The notes beneath the pieces were generated by a model. The model saw only the letters and a list, made by a program, of their open reading frames with translations, was not told the DNA's origin and did not search any database. Positions 25,540-38,803 of a stretch of DNA of 64,000 nt are shown here, in pieces. Made by a program: the position numbers and the translations under genes. Source of the DNA: Octopus sinensis (taxonomy: Eukaryota); NCBI RefSeq assembly GCF_006345805.1, contig NC_043007.1:32240001-32304000 (forward strand), read 5' to 3'. Numbering within the stretch: position 1 is the stretch's first letter; the number at the start of each line of letters is the position of its first letter.

Positions 25540-26900
25540 ATGCACACAGTATATAGTTATGAGCTACTGATAGTTTCATACATTGGAGATGTTGTCTAGG
25601 CAGGTTTTTATGACACACCTAATGTCTGCCAAGTAATATTCAGGCTCTGAGCACATGAAGATTGCTTGGAGATACTAAGCATATTATAAAAACCTGCTTG
25701 GACCATGTGTCCAATGTAAGGAACTAATAGTAGCTATTAGTGACTATCATGATCATCATCGTTGTTGTTTAATGTCCGCTTTCCATGCTGGCATGGGTTG
25801 GACGGATTGACTGAAGGCTGGTGAGCCAGAAGGCTGCACCAGGCTCCAATCTGATCTGGCAAGGTTTCTACAGCTTGATGCCCTTCCTAACGCCAACCAC
25901 TCTGAGAGTGTAGTGGGTACTTTTACATGCCACCGGCATGAGGGCCAGTCAGGCAACGACCATGCTCAAAAGGTGTTTTTTATGTGCCAGCTGCACAGGA
26001 ACCAGTCCAGTGGCACTGGTAATGAACACACCCAAATTGCTCACCTGGCTTTATTAAACATACTTGTAAAGAACAAAATTACAAATAACATATTTTGAGA
26101 TGCTCAGGTATTACCATGGATTTTCTAAAACCTTAAACATGTCACCTGCCTCTCTTCTCAGGCACATTGTTTCTCAGTTGAGCTTCTTCGTTATTTATAA
26201 GTCCTTTTAATCCAATCACTTATTTCCACAAACTGCTGCTCTCTGGAACACATTACCATCATCTTGTTTACCTCTGGTCTACGATATTCAGTCTAGCAAT
26301 CAACATTTTAAAAATTTTGTTGTGGAAGGATTCCGACCGCTCACCATGTGATTAAAGGTGGACCTGACTAATTTTTATAAAATAAAGAACTGTGAGCAAT
26401 TGGCGGTTCGGGTTGGTAGCAGTTCGCTGCAAGCAGTTGATATAGAGTGTTGAGTCTGATGTATATACTCACCTTCCCCACTGCTTTGTTAATTCGTATA
26501 TCCAATGCAAGGATCTAAAAAATTTGTAGACCTTTTTTCCTTCCCTTACACTAAAGTAGCCTCAAGCCTTCTTTGGGACAAAAATAAAAAATCCACAGCA
26601 CATCTGGATATCCACTGCAGTGTGTCAGTGTGATCCGACAAACCAACTGAGAACCACAGGTCCAAACAATCCAATAGATGAATTGGTCTGACCATTTTTG
26701 TCTTATTTAGAATAACACTTCAGAGTCTATGGACCTATATATTTCTGTCCACAGGGACCATGTCCTGGTTCTGTATTTCCTCCTTCCTTCCCACCTTTTT
26801 CTAAATATATTCTAAACATATTCTAGGGCTGTTTGAAAGTTACATCAATATAGTTAGGGTCTTTTAAGTTCTATATTGTCCTACTTTTATTTTCAAATTG
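25540..26900 (-). mobile_element. Possible highly decayed Penelope-type RT and GIY-YIG remnant, interrupted by an RTE 3' fragment
   Basis: weak motifs STNFLD, GEYIHQ, CSQFFIL, KT.LRQHLQC..SVAH; many stops. Confidence 0.25.
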
Positions 26901-27211
26901 TTTTCATTTTCACCCTTGAAGTTACTAAACAGAAATTCAAAAATATGATATGACAATATATATATATATATAAATCAAAATAAGCAACAAGGATATCCAG
27001 AGGTAATGCAGTACGATTGTTTCAAGCGACTCCATTTAATTGAAGAATGCAACCATTACATCAATTTAAATGTAGAGCAATCCTCAGCTGCATAAAGACA
27101 TAGAATTAAATTAAATTAAAACAGATGGACACATTAGTATAATTTTACCTAAAACCTCCAAGCAGGTAAGGAGATAGACAAAGATGCTGTCTTCACTTCA
27201 GCTTAGAAGAT

Positions 27212-27311
27212 NNNNNNNNNNNNNNNNNNNNNNNNNNNNNNNNNNNNNNNNNNNNNNNNNNNNNNNNNNNNNNNNNNNNNNNNNNNNNNNNNNNNNNNNN
27301 NNNNNNNNNNN
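27212..27311. other. Assembly gap (100 N)
   Basis: run of N. Confidence 1.
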
Positions 27312-28240
27312 AGTGGTTAGAGCATCGATCTTATGACCGTGGAGTTGTGAGTTCGATCCCGGACCGGGTGCGTGTTGTGTTCTTGAGCAAGACACTTATT
27401 TCACGTTGCTCAGTTAACTCAGCTTGTAGAAATGAGTGTGACATCAAATCGGTACCAAGCTGTATCGGCCCCTTGCCTTCCCTTGGATAAGTCGATGGGC
27501 ATGAGAGGGTGAGGACGGTATGCATGGGCGACTGCTAAGTCTTCCATAAACAACTTGCCCGGACTTGTGCCTAGGAGGGTAACTTGTAAGTGACAATCCC
27601 TGGTCATTCGTGACCGAAGGGGGTCTCCAATATCCAGTGTGAAACTCCTCAAATTGGAGGGTACAGAATGGAAGAGTGCTGGAAAAAGGGGGTGGAGAGG
27701 ATTTGTTTTGGCTCTCATTGCCAGTACCACCTGACTGGCTTCCATGCTGGTGGCATGTAAAAAGCAGCATTCAAGTGTGGCCAATGCCAGTACCACCCAA
27801 CTGGCCCTCGTGCCAGTAGCACGTAAAAAGCACCCACTACACTTTTTGGAGTGGTTGGCATTAGGAAGAGCATCCAGCTGTAGAAACTTTGCCAGATCAG
27901 ATTGGAGCCTGATGCAGTCTTCTGACTTACCAGTTCTCAGTCAAACTGTCCAGCCCATGCCAGCATGGAAAGCAGACATTAAACGATGATGATGATGATG
28001 ATGATGATGAGTAAATAAATATGACATGTGTCCCGATTTATGTTCCTGACACTAGCTGAATGATAACAAAGTTATTTTACTAAATTCTTTTTTATATTTA
28101 AAATTAATTGACAGAAGCACAGAGCATCCCAACAGAAATATGGTAACAAAAGGGTTAATTCTTAACATAGCATCAAGAAATTATATTTAAGAATATGAAT
28201 AATAATTCTTATTTCTTATCCTAACATAAAGAAGTATCAT

Positions 28241-28672
28241 ACATATACAGACACGTAATTATATACACATACATTCAAATACAGACACATAATTATATAC
28301 ACATACATACAAATACAGATACTTAATTATATACACAACATACATACATATACAAATACGTAATTATATACACATACATACATATACAGATACTTAATTA
28401 TATACACATACATACATATACAGATACACAATTATATACACATACATACTTATACAGATACTTAATTATATACACATACATACATATACAAATACATAAT
28501 TATATACACATACATACATACATATACAAATACGTAATTATATACACATACATACATATATAAATACATAATTTATACACATACATACATATACAGATAC
28601 ATAATTATATACACGTACATACATATACAGATACTTAATTATATACACATATATACATGCATACACAGACAT
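28241..28672. repeat. 34-bp minisatellite, about 12-13 units
   Basis: unit aattatatacacatacatacatatacagatactt; spacing 34 at 28362/28396/28430. Confidence 0.9.
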
Positions 28673-28987
28673 ATAGAGGCTAGCACAGAGAGAGGAGTTA
28701 TGTGAAAATATTTCAAGTATTAATTGATGGTTCTTGAAATATTATATAATGTGTCGGCCTATTTTAACGAGATAACACACCACAGCAGTAATAATTGTTA
28801 TTTCTGTTATGTATATATAGTATGACCTGCAAAATATGAGTTATTTTTCAAATGGCCTTTTAAATTGCACTGCACTTCAGTTCTGACTCGCTTTCTCACA
28901 AAAACTGTCTCTGTCTCAAGCTGGTTGTGAATAGATTACTTCTACAGTCCTCTTTCTCTCTCTCTCTCTTCTCCTCTCTCTCTCTCT

Positions 28988-28988
<1 letters not shown>

Positions 28989-29035
<47 letters not shown>

Positions 29036-29067
29036 TATATAGATATATCTATATATATATAGGTATG

Positions 29068-29098
<31 letters not shown>

Positions 29099-29280
29099 GG
29101 TATATATATATATATGTATATATATATATAATATATATATATATGTAATATATATATAGCTATGTAGTATATATATATATATGTATATTATATATATATG
29201 TATATATATATATATATGTATATATTATATATATGTATTATGATATATGTATATATAATATATATTATATGTATATATAG

Positions 29281-29356
<76 letters not shown>

Positions 29357-29410
29357 GTATATATGTATATATATATATGTATATATATATATATGTATAT
29401 ATATATTATG

Positions 29411-29441
<31 letters not shown>

Positions 29442-29545
29442 GTATATATATATATGTATATATATATTATGTATATATATATATATATATGTATATTATA
29501 TATATATAGTATATATATATATATATGTATATGTATATATATATG

Positions 29546-29576
<31 letters not shown>

Positions 29577-29592
29577 GATATATATATATATG

Positions 29593-29625
<33 letters not shown>

Positions 29626-29675
29626 GTATATGTATATATGTTATATATATAATATGTATAATATATATATATATG

Positions 29676-29706
<31 letters not shown>

Positions 29707-29755
29707 GTATTATATTATATAGTATATAATATATATATGTATATATATGTATATG

Positions 29756-29786
<31 letters not shown>

Positions 29787-29863
29787 GTATATATATATTA
29801 TGTATATATATAATATGTATATATATATATATGTATATATATATGTGTATATATATATATATG

Positions 29864-29894
<31 letters not shown>

Positions 29895-29928
29895 GTATAT
29901 ATTATATATATGTATATATATATATGTT

Positions 29929-29959
<31 letters not shown>

Positions 29960-29975
29960 GTATATTATATATATG

Positions 29976-30006
<31 letters not shown>

Positions 30007-30022
30007 GTATATATATATAATG

Positions 30023-30055
<33 letters not shown>

Positions 30056-30127
30056 GTATATATGTATATATGTATATATGTATATATGTATATGTATATA
30101 TAGTATATATGTAATATATATATATTG

Positions 30128-30174
<47 letters not shown>

Positions 30175-30189
30175 GTATATATATATGTG

Positions 30190-30218
<29 letters not shown>
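28989..30218. repeat. About 1.2-kb compound (TA)n/(TATG) microsatellite
   Basis: direct reading; preceded by (CT)n. Confidence 0.97.
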
Positions 30219-30221
<3 letters not shown>

Positions 30222-30615
30222 TTATATATAAAAGTGAGGTTGTGTGCTTCTGTTGTCTCCTACGATTTAGATTCCTAACTACTCCCACATTTTGCGGTGT
30301 GCAGTTTAACCAAAAGCGGATATCTTATAGTCGTGATTCATATCGAGCCCTTCTGGGTATTAGTGCGCGCGTCTACGATGAGTCTACGATTTAAAAAAAA
30401 ATTTACCATCAATTTTCCCATTTTTAATGCATTTTTGGCATATAAGGGAAGTAACTCTCTAAAATGTATTATTAAATCTCAGAACGTAAAAGCTACAGTA
30501 ACACCCCCCCTTTGTGGTTAACCATATTGAGATGGCTATTATACTTTACATCTCTAAAAATGCTTATATAGTTATTTCCCTTACAAAACCCGAGCAACGC
30601 GGGCGATACTGCTAG
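30219..30615 (+). mobile_element. Non-autonomous Helitron-type element
   Basis: 5' TC(TTTATATATAAAA), 3' CCCG-agcaacg-CGGG hairpin then CTAG, inserted between A and T, no TSD. Confidence 0.7.
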
Positions 30616-30703
30616 TATATATATATATATATATTCCTGATCGCTATTAATAATAATACTGTAATTGTTCCATTGTTGTTGTTTTTTGTTTTCCCGTTGG
30701 ATT

Positions 30704-30743
<40 letters not shown>

Positions 30744-30818
30744 TTTCATACCACATCAAGCAAATATCAACATCCACATTTTCACACATGTGCAATATAA
30801 TTACTCTCTTTCGACTAG

Positions 30819-31041
30819 GTCCTCTGCATGGGCAAAATGAAAGATTTGTTGTTCACTGGGACTTCAGGTTTCACCCCTGTAATGCCTCGTGCAGTTGAGT
30901 GATTGAATATTTGTTAAAATTTCCAGTTTTACAGATATTTATTTCACTATTTTCTGCACTGAAAATGATCAAATCAGCTACAAAGCTTTCTATGATGGAG
31001 AATCTGGTAGATGCAATTCTATTTCGAAGAACCAGATGTTA
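30819..31041 (+). other. Exon-like segment in MOB2 5' region
   Basis: acceptor ctag at 30815-30818, strong donor gtaagt at 31042, weaker donor gtttca at 30868; ORF MMENLVDAILFRRTRC from 30992. Confidence 0.2.
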
Positions 31042-31918
31042 GTAAGTTTTAAATATGTATATTTGATTCAACTGTGATTATGTAGAGATATAGTGTTTCT
31101 TTGATATATACCATCATCATATGTCTATTGTCCATGCTGGCATGGGTTGGACGGTTTGCCCAGAGCTGGCAAGCTGGAGGGCTGCACCAGACTCCAGTCT
31201 GATTTGGCATGGTTTTCTGCGGCTGAATGCCCTTCCTAACACCAACCACTCCAAGAGTGTAATGGGTGCTCTTACGTGCCACTGACATGGGTGCCATTTG
31301 CATGACACTGGTATCTGTTATGACTGTGATTTTACTTGGCTTGATGGGTCTTCTTCTCAAGCATGGCCTAATGCCAAAGGTCTCGGCCATTGCTTCCTTG
31401 CGACCCAACACTTGAAAGGAACTCAGCCACTTTGCCTCCATGAGGCCCAATGCTCGAAAGGAGCTCAGCCACTTTATTTGGGAAAGTTACTTTTCCAGAA
31501 CATACAGGCTCTGATGAAGCTATAGGATGTTATCCTGGTACTCAACTAAGGGTCCACCACATCTTGTCGCAGAAACAGCTGTAAGCTAATGAAGTTCATT
31601 CCATAACATTTGGTTTTTCTGATGTCATCTCTTTGTTTTCTGTATATATGTATGTGTATGGTGAGAGAAAGACAGAGAGAAAGAGAGAGAGAGTCAACAG
31701 ATGAGATCCAGAGATGCTCAATATAGAAAACACTTAGTAGCACTTAAATAATTTGAATTTACACTCCAAAACCTTTACTGAAGACTAAGCCTGTAGGTTA
31801 AGGAGTGGCTGTGAGAGGAATCCAGGTGAGCAGATATGGAGATAGTGAGGCAAATAAGCAAACATCTAGTCCAAGCACTTTTATTTGCTTATAAATAAAT
31901 AAATATATATATATATAT

Positions 31919-32642
31919 CGTAAAAACCCATGTAATTTGCACACCTGTGTAATTTACGCAGGTGATTTTTTTCAGGATAAAATTTATTAAATAAAAAGCT
32001 TCTACTTGTGTAAAATTCGCACCCCAAAGTTTTCAGAATTGCTAATATGGCCAGGAGGAAAAGGTTTTCAATTTAGTTGTATTTAGCATAATTTCACCTA
32101 CTTATGATTAGATTTTATTAAATTTTCATTAAATAAAAATAATTTCTGTTTAACAGGTATCACATTGAAAGCTATTAAATGGCAAAGTGTTTGTGCTGTT
32201 TATAATAAACTTTATTTTACATTTCTTGGCCACAAGAGATTATGTCCAATCTGTAGTATACTGCCCTATGTCTTCTTAAATCATGATCACAGGAAAAGTT
32301 ATTGATAAGAGTTATCAACAAAAACAAAGCTGATTAATATGCACAGGTGTTGCAAATTATGTTAATTAACGGTTTTAGTAAATTTGCATAATACCATCCA
32401 GCATAAATAAAAGTCAACTTCAGTATATTTAAGTCATTATTTTTTTCCATAAAAACCTATTCTGACATTAAATGAGTCAACTTCCGCTACAAATGTTTGT
32501 TTTGTATGTTTCTTCAACAACAACAGAAAAAAATAAATTTCTAAAACAATTCTTGAAATGATCTACTCATGTAATTTACACAACCCTAAAGTGTATTTTT
32601 ATTTTTGCAAAAAATAATGCATAAATTACATGTTTTTACAGG
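31919..32642. mobile_element. pogo/Tc1-like non-autonomous element
   Basis: imperfect TIRs CGTAAAAACCCATGTAATTTGC / GCATAAATTACATGTTTTTACAGG in TA context; internal GTAATTT repeats. Confidence 0.55.
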
Positions 32643-32665
32643 ATATCTATATTTAATATATATAT

Positions 32666-33063
32666 AGGCGCAGGAGTGGCTGTGTGGTAAGTAGCTTGCT
32701 AACCAACCACATGGTTCCGGGTTCAGTCCCACTGCGTGGCATCTTGGGCAAATGTCTTCTGCTATAGCCCCGGGCCAACCAATGCCTTGTGAGTGGATTT
32801 GGTAGACGGAAACTGAAAGAAGCCTGTCGTATATATATATGTGTATATATATGTGTATGTGTGTGTGCTTGTCCCTCTAGCATTGCTTGACAACTGATGC
32901 TGGTGTGTTTACGTCCCCGTCACTTAGCGGTTCGGCAAAAGAGACTGATAGAATAAGTACTAGGCTTACAAAGAATAAGTCCCGGGGTCGATTTGCTCGA
33001 CTAAAGGCGGTGCTCCAGCATGGCCGCAGTCAAATGACTGAAACAAGTAAAAGAGTAAAGAGT
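32666..33063 (+). mobile_element. tRNA-derived SINE family A, full copy with internal (TA/TG)n
   Basis: A box TGGCTGTGTGG, B box GGTTCAGTCC, tail AAGTAAAAGAGTA; copies 2913-3199, 8615-9020(-), 9740-10090, 15834-16200, 55078-55459, 56637-57054, 57087-57245(-), 60790-61227(-). Confidence 0.88.
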
Positions 33064-33088
33064 ATATATATATATATATACACACACA

Positions 33089-33316
33089 CAGGGAATGTGC
33101 AAAAGTAGGTATACAGTAATGAAAAAAGAAAACACATACAATTAATTACACATTTATTTTCATCCCCAAAATTAGAAGTTACTATAAAAGTATTATAATA
33201 GTTATGACAAATGTATTATTATGATTGATGACAGATGTGCTGATAATTTTAATTAATTAAATAGTATAACATTGATGTGGTACCTACTGTATACCTACTT
33301 TTGCCCCCCCTCCCTG
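33089..33316. mobile_element. Tc1/mariner-type MITE
   Basis: TIRs CAGGG...GCAAAAGTAGGTATACAGTA and TACTGTATACCTACTTTTGCC...CCCTG followed by TA. Confidence 0.75.
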
Positions 33317-33363
<47 letters not shown>

Positions 33364-33749
33364 CCTTTTGATAAAAGTAGCCTCTTTTTGTAATTTTCTG
33401 GTTTCAGTTCGATTGCATGACACCTTGACTTGTATTATAGCTCTAGGCTGACCAGAGTCTTGCGAGTGGATTTAATAGGTGGAAACTGAAAGAAGCCCGT
33501 CGTATGTGTGTGTATGTGCATGCATTCGTTGGTGTCTTCTTGTCTTGAAATTGTGTGAATGTCGTAAATGAGTGTCACTGTCATACAAGTGGTGTTCGTC
33601 CTGTCCAATCTTCCATGAAAACATATCCATTAGTTAATCTATGAACTAATTGTCCAATACTTGAGTTATTTCACCATTTCCACTCTCATCTCAATGTTTT
33701 TTCTTCTTCCTTCCATTTCTCACATAAAAATATTAACACACACACATAC

Positions 33750-34210
33750 CTATTTCTTTGCTACCCACAAGGGGCTAAACACAGAGAGGACAAACAAGGA
33801 CAGACAAACGGATTAAGTCGATTATATCGACCCCAGTGCGTAACTGGTACTTATTTAATCGACCCCGAAAGGATGAAAGCAAAGTCGACCTTGGCGGAAT
33901 TTGAACTCAGAACGTAGCGGCAGACAAAATACCGCTAAGTATTTCGCCCGATGTGCTAACAATTCTGCCATATACCTATTTCTTTACTACCCACAAGGGG
34001 CTAAACACAGAGAGGACAAACAAGGACAGACAAACAAATTAAGTTGATTATATCAACCCCAGTGCGTAACTGGTACTTATCTAATCGACCCCGAAAGGAT
34101 GAAAGGCAAAGTCGACCTTGTTGGAATTTGAACTCAGAACGTAGCGGCAGACGAAATACGGCTACGCATTTCGCACAACATGCTAACTATTCTGCCAGCT
34201 CGCCGCCTTA
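33750..34210 (-). mobile_element. Two tandem copies of tRNA-derived SINE family D (Nin/Deu-like core)
   Basis: B box GAGTTCAAATTCC; core GTCGACTTTGCCTTTCATCCTTTCGGGGTCGAT..ATAAGTACCAG; other copies 640-830, 5960-6240, 14920-15135, 18480-18725, 37820-38030, 38610-38790, 60510-60730, 62270-62640. Confidence 0.85.
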
Positions 34211-34870
34211 TTCTGCCATATACCTCCATGCAAAATTCCAGTGTTCTCGGTACACATATTAGAACATGGTTTCTATGGCTGGATTCCCTTCCTGACACCA
34301 ACCACTTTTCAGTTGAGCTGGGTGTTTTTACCTTTTCCATGCTACTGGAACTAATGAGGTTACCATATAATTTGTAAGAAAGGAAAAGAAAAGAAATGAA
34401 AAAAAAGAGTTTATTATAAATGTGCTTTACATAATATGCAAAATATTTTATAAACATGCTCTTTAAATATGCTCTATTGAACAGAGTCTATTAAATTTAG
34501 ATAATGTGGACTCCTGTCATAAACATCATGTGTGGGTTCTGCAACTTCTTGCTGAACAACATTCACGGTTAATTTGTTTACAGTAAGCAAATGAGGTGCA
34601 ATGGCCCAGTGGTTAAGGCAGCGGACTCGTGGTCGGAGGGTCGTGGTTTTGATTCCCAGACTGGCGTTGTGTGTGTTTATTGAGCCTGAGGCTAGGGAAG
34701 AAGACATTTTCTCAAGGTGCCCTGCAGTGGGACTGAACCTGAGACCATGTAGTTGCGGAGCATGCTTCTCACCCACACAACTATGCCTGAATATATATAG
34801 TTACATAATGAACAGGAGGAATATTCAATACAGATGTAGGTGTGTGTGTGTGAGTGAATGTATGTGTATA

Positions 34871-34924
<54 letters not shown>

Positions 34925-35226
34925 CATGTGGAGGCGCAATGGCCCAGTGGTTAGGGCAGCGGACTCACGGTCGTAGGATTGCGGTTTCGATTCCCAGACC
35001 GGGCGTTGTGAGTGTTTATTGAGCGAAAACACCCAAAAGCTCCACGAGGCTCCAGCAGGGGGTGCTGGTGATCCCTGCTGTACTCTTTCACCACTCTTTC
35101 TACTGTTGGCCTGCTTAGCCAGCGGGGTGGCGTCATTCAAAGGCTAAAACAATGCGAACGCATTGTGACCAGCGATGTGTAACAACATCTGATGGTCTGG
35201 TCGGTCACATGATGATATATATACAT

Positions 35227-35267
<41 letters not shown>

Positions 35268-35653
35268 CAATCACATACACACACACACTCACATGCATAG
35301 AGAAAGAGAGAGTTTAGTAACTATGAAAGCTGCTAGGAAATCAATTAGTTTAGGATATAAAAGCCTATTTATAGGCTTAAAACCTATTTAAATTAGCTGA
35401 ATCCAATTTATAGCCAGCTTGTTCATTAGCTGTTCTTAACGAGCCTACTCCTCCCAAACAAAGAACACGAGAAGCTACACAAATGCTGAAGAGTGCCACG
35501 TTGCTCATCACTGGTAGACTGGCTGCCAGGCACCAAGCTTGACGAAAATTCGAGTCTCTAACGATAGTTTTTAATTAACTGCAAGTCCAAGCATGTTCTA
35601 ATCCTATGAATATCTGTTAAACATATAAATAGGCTTTCAGACACACTGAACCG

Positions 35654-35697
35654 ATGTTAAACGAAGACTTGATATCAGCATGTTTAATTTGCGTGAG
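35654..35697 (+). CDS. Candidate alternative first coding exon of MOB2
   Basis: ATG after an in-frame upstream TAG; MLNEDLISACLICV-AG|gtataa ends in phase 2, giving R-KGRRKDKD; no homology support. Confidence 0.3.
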
Positions 35698-36028
35698 GTA
35701 TAACATTTTCTACGTCTGAGTAAATAAAGAAATTATTTTAGTCTTAAAGCTACAACAGAAACGGCTTTTTAAGGTAACTTAAAGCTTAAAATAATATCTT
35801 ATATATTGACTTAAGGCTACATATCTTTACAGATGGACATGGTCAAGTATTGTACACACGGTGTATGATTGGAAATTATTTCATTGATAACATTGAAGAA
35901 AATACATAGTTTTCTCTGATCAAATTTGATCTCAGAATCTAGAGGGACAGAACTCGATTTAGAAAGGCTTTTAGTTTAGCCAGCTGTTGTTCCTACTCCT
36001 CTAATAACATTATTATAATAAGTATGTG

Positions 36029-36129
<101 letters not shown>

Positions 36130-36554
36130 GAGGGAGATAATTTAGAGGTTTGATGCTGTACTATTTCTAGCTAAAATAATATATATGGAATGGTTTCTTT
36201 TTTTCCTTTCCTTTGCTTGCTGAGTTTGGAGAAAGGTGTCGTACCCATGGCTTTGACAGACTATCGGAAACTGGTCAGCTCAATGCCATTTATGTTCCAC
36301 TTAAACTGTTGCAAAAAAAAGATTCCAGGGGCCACTGTTCCAGGAAAGGACTCGGAACATGAAGCATGCAGTCCCACTGAGGAATGGAACCAGAACTTTG
36401 TAACCTTGTGCTTTTGTCTAGAATCATTGTGCTTGTCCCTTGTGTTTTTGTCCAAAGTTACTGGACACATGCACCCCCACCCTATCACACATATACCATA
36501 AATTCATATGTATATATATATATATATTTATTTATTGTTTGTTTGTTCTTTCAG

Positions 36555-36721
36555 GAAAGGGAGACGTAAAGACAAGGATTCTCCAAGCCCGCTTGTCCAA
36601 GATGAACAACGACAATATCTACAAGACCCTTGTGTCCAGGAGAGAATTATTCAAGCTGATTTTGAAAAAATTGTTGATATTCCATTTAGTTTGGATTATT
36701 GCGAATGGTTAGCCACACATG
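36555..36721 (+). CDS. MOB2: MOB kinase activator 2 internal exon (phase 2 to phase 1)
   Basis: tttcag|...|gtaagt, 167 nt; KGRRKDKDSPSPLVQDEQRQYLQDPCVQERIIQADFEKIVDIPFSLDYCEWLATH resembles Drosophila Mob2 KARRKERD...LVDLPAGLDYNEWLASH. Confidence 0.9.
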
Positions 36722-36822
36722 GTAAGTACTTTGATTGTTTTTTTATTATTTTAGTTGATGCATTTAGGAGTACATTATTTAAACTGAAGGATATGTGATG
36801 TGAGGGAAATTTGGTTGGTATT

Positions 36823-37051
36823 TTAACCCTTTCATTACCAACCCGGCCAAAACCACCTCTGGCTCTGTTGTACAAATGTCTTGTTTTCTTAAGTTTTGAA
36901 TTAAAATCTTCTCCTAAACCTTAGTCACAATTTATGTTCCTAACACTAGCTTAATGGTAACTAAGTTATTTTACAAAATTTTTTGTTATATTTAAAATAA
37001 TTGAAAGAAACCCAGAGCATCTCAACAGAAATACGGTAACGAAAGGGTTAA
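36823..37051. mobile_element. piggyBac-type MITE family E (about 230 bp)
   Basis: TTAA-CCCTTTC(G/A)TTACC...GGTAACGAAAGGG-TTAA; other copies 13784-14017, 39438-39665, 52608-52839, 53411-53886 (interrupted), partial near 28060-28157. Confidence 0.8.
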
Positions 37052-38204
37052 GCAGATCACTTGACCTTGCCCACCTGCCTCATTTTTTTCGTGGATATGT
37101 TTATGGTAGGGATTAAATTATCTCTAACTATACAACTAGCAAATAGAACAAGGGGCTCCTACTTTCTTTCTAACAATGGAGAATATAGCAAACACTTACT
37201 CGTTTTGTTTGCAGGTGTAATACAAGGTAGACATAAGATTTGAACCTGTGACTTTGTGGTTAATACTCCAGCTCTTTATACTTATCATAGCACACTGCTT
37301 CCCTTTCTATGTCAAATACTAATTGTTATTATTATTATTACTTCTCATAATAATTTGTGATAAGGGTAGTGGATGAGAGACTCAGTAAATCTTGTGATAT
37401 CAACATTTCATGTTTGGAACCAGGTGAAATTATCTTTCCTATTCTTCATTTCAAGATTGATAAAATAGGTACCAGTCAAGTACTGTAGTTAGTTATTAAT
37501 CTGATACTTCCTTCCACCAAAATTTGGGGCTTTGTGCCTGTACAAACGACAGGAGGCAATCCATCTAGGAGAGCTCTAAATAACTGATACCAGATCAAAG
37601 CGACCCTTTAGTTCTTTATGATGTTGGGAGCATGATAAAAATGCATTCGGTCCATATTGTAAAGTAGGTCAGGAGAGGATGGTACCCTTTGGTACCAAAT
37701 TTAGTACATGTTGCAAAATGATAAAGGACTACAACTGGAAGTGAGACCCATCCAACTAATGCAAACCTGGAAAAAGGGACATAAAAATGAGGATTGTTGT
37801 TGTTCTTCTTACTTATTATTAGGATGGGTTTAGCATGCTGGGTGAAACGCTTAGTGATATTTCGTCTGTTGTTCTGTTCTTAGTTCAAATTCCGCCAAGG
37901 TTGACTTTGCCTTTCATCCTTTCGGGATTGATAAATTAAGTACCAGTTGTGTACTGGGGTTGATCTAATCAACTGGCCCCCTCCCCCCAAATTTCGGGCC
38001 TTGTGCCTAGAGTAGAAGAGATTATTATTAGGACAATAGATAGGCATCATTAGACCATGGGACAAAAATGTTTTCTGATGTTTGTTCCAGCTCTTTGCAT
38101 TCTGAGTTGAAATCCTGTTACGGTCAACTTTGCCTTTCATTCTTCTAGAGTTGATAGAATAAGAAACGGTCAAGTACTGGCATTGACATGGCTGTGGAGC
38201 CACA

Positions 38205-38510
38205 TGGCCTAGTGGTTAGAGCAGCAGACTCGCGGTCGAGGGATTGCGGGTTCGAATCTCAGACCAGGTGATGTGGGTGTTTATGAGCGAAAACACCTAA
38301 GCTCCACGCGGCTCCGGCAGAAGATAATGGCGAAACTTCTGCTGACTCTTTCACCACAACTTTCTCTCACTCTTTCCTCCTGCATCTTGCAGCTCACCTG
38401 CGATGGACCAGCCTCCCGTCCAGGTGGGGAACCTATACTCTAAGGAAACCGGGAAACTGGCCCTTGTGAGCCAGGCATGGCTCGAGAAGGCACAAACAGC
38501 AACAAAAAAA
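38205..38510 (+). mobile_element. tRNA-derived SINE family C
   Basis: TGGCCTAGTGGTTAG A box, GGTTCGAATC B box, AAC-type tail; related copies near 25043-25240, 27312-27640, 34595-34700, 34930-35210. Confidence 0.75.
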
Positions 38511-38803
38511 TTGACATGGCTGACTTTTGCCTCTTGCCAAAGTTTCTGGTCCTCTGCTTATGTCAGCAACCATCATCATCGACAGCAGCATTATCATCAT
38601 TATCATTAATTAGGCAGCGAGCTGGCAGAATTGTTAGCACATCGAGGGGAGGGAAACGCTTTACAGCATTTCTTCCGACTTGACATTCTGAATTCAAACT
38701 GATAAATTAAGTACCAGTGAATCACTGGGGATGATGTAATCACTCATCCCCTCTCCCAAAATTGTTGGCCTTGTGCCAAGATTTGAAACTATTATTATTA
38801 TTA

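Noticed and set aside
29198-30278. YI/IY-rich ORFs (also 8583-8897)
   Set aside because: Translations of (TA)n microsatellites
32666-32740. Functional tRNA genes at A/B-box sites
   Set aside because: No complete cloverleaf; all continue into SINE bodies
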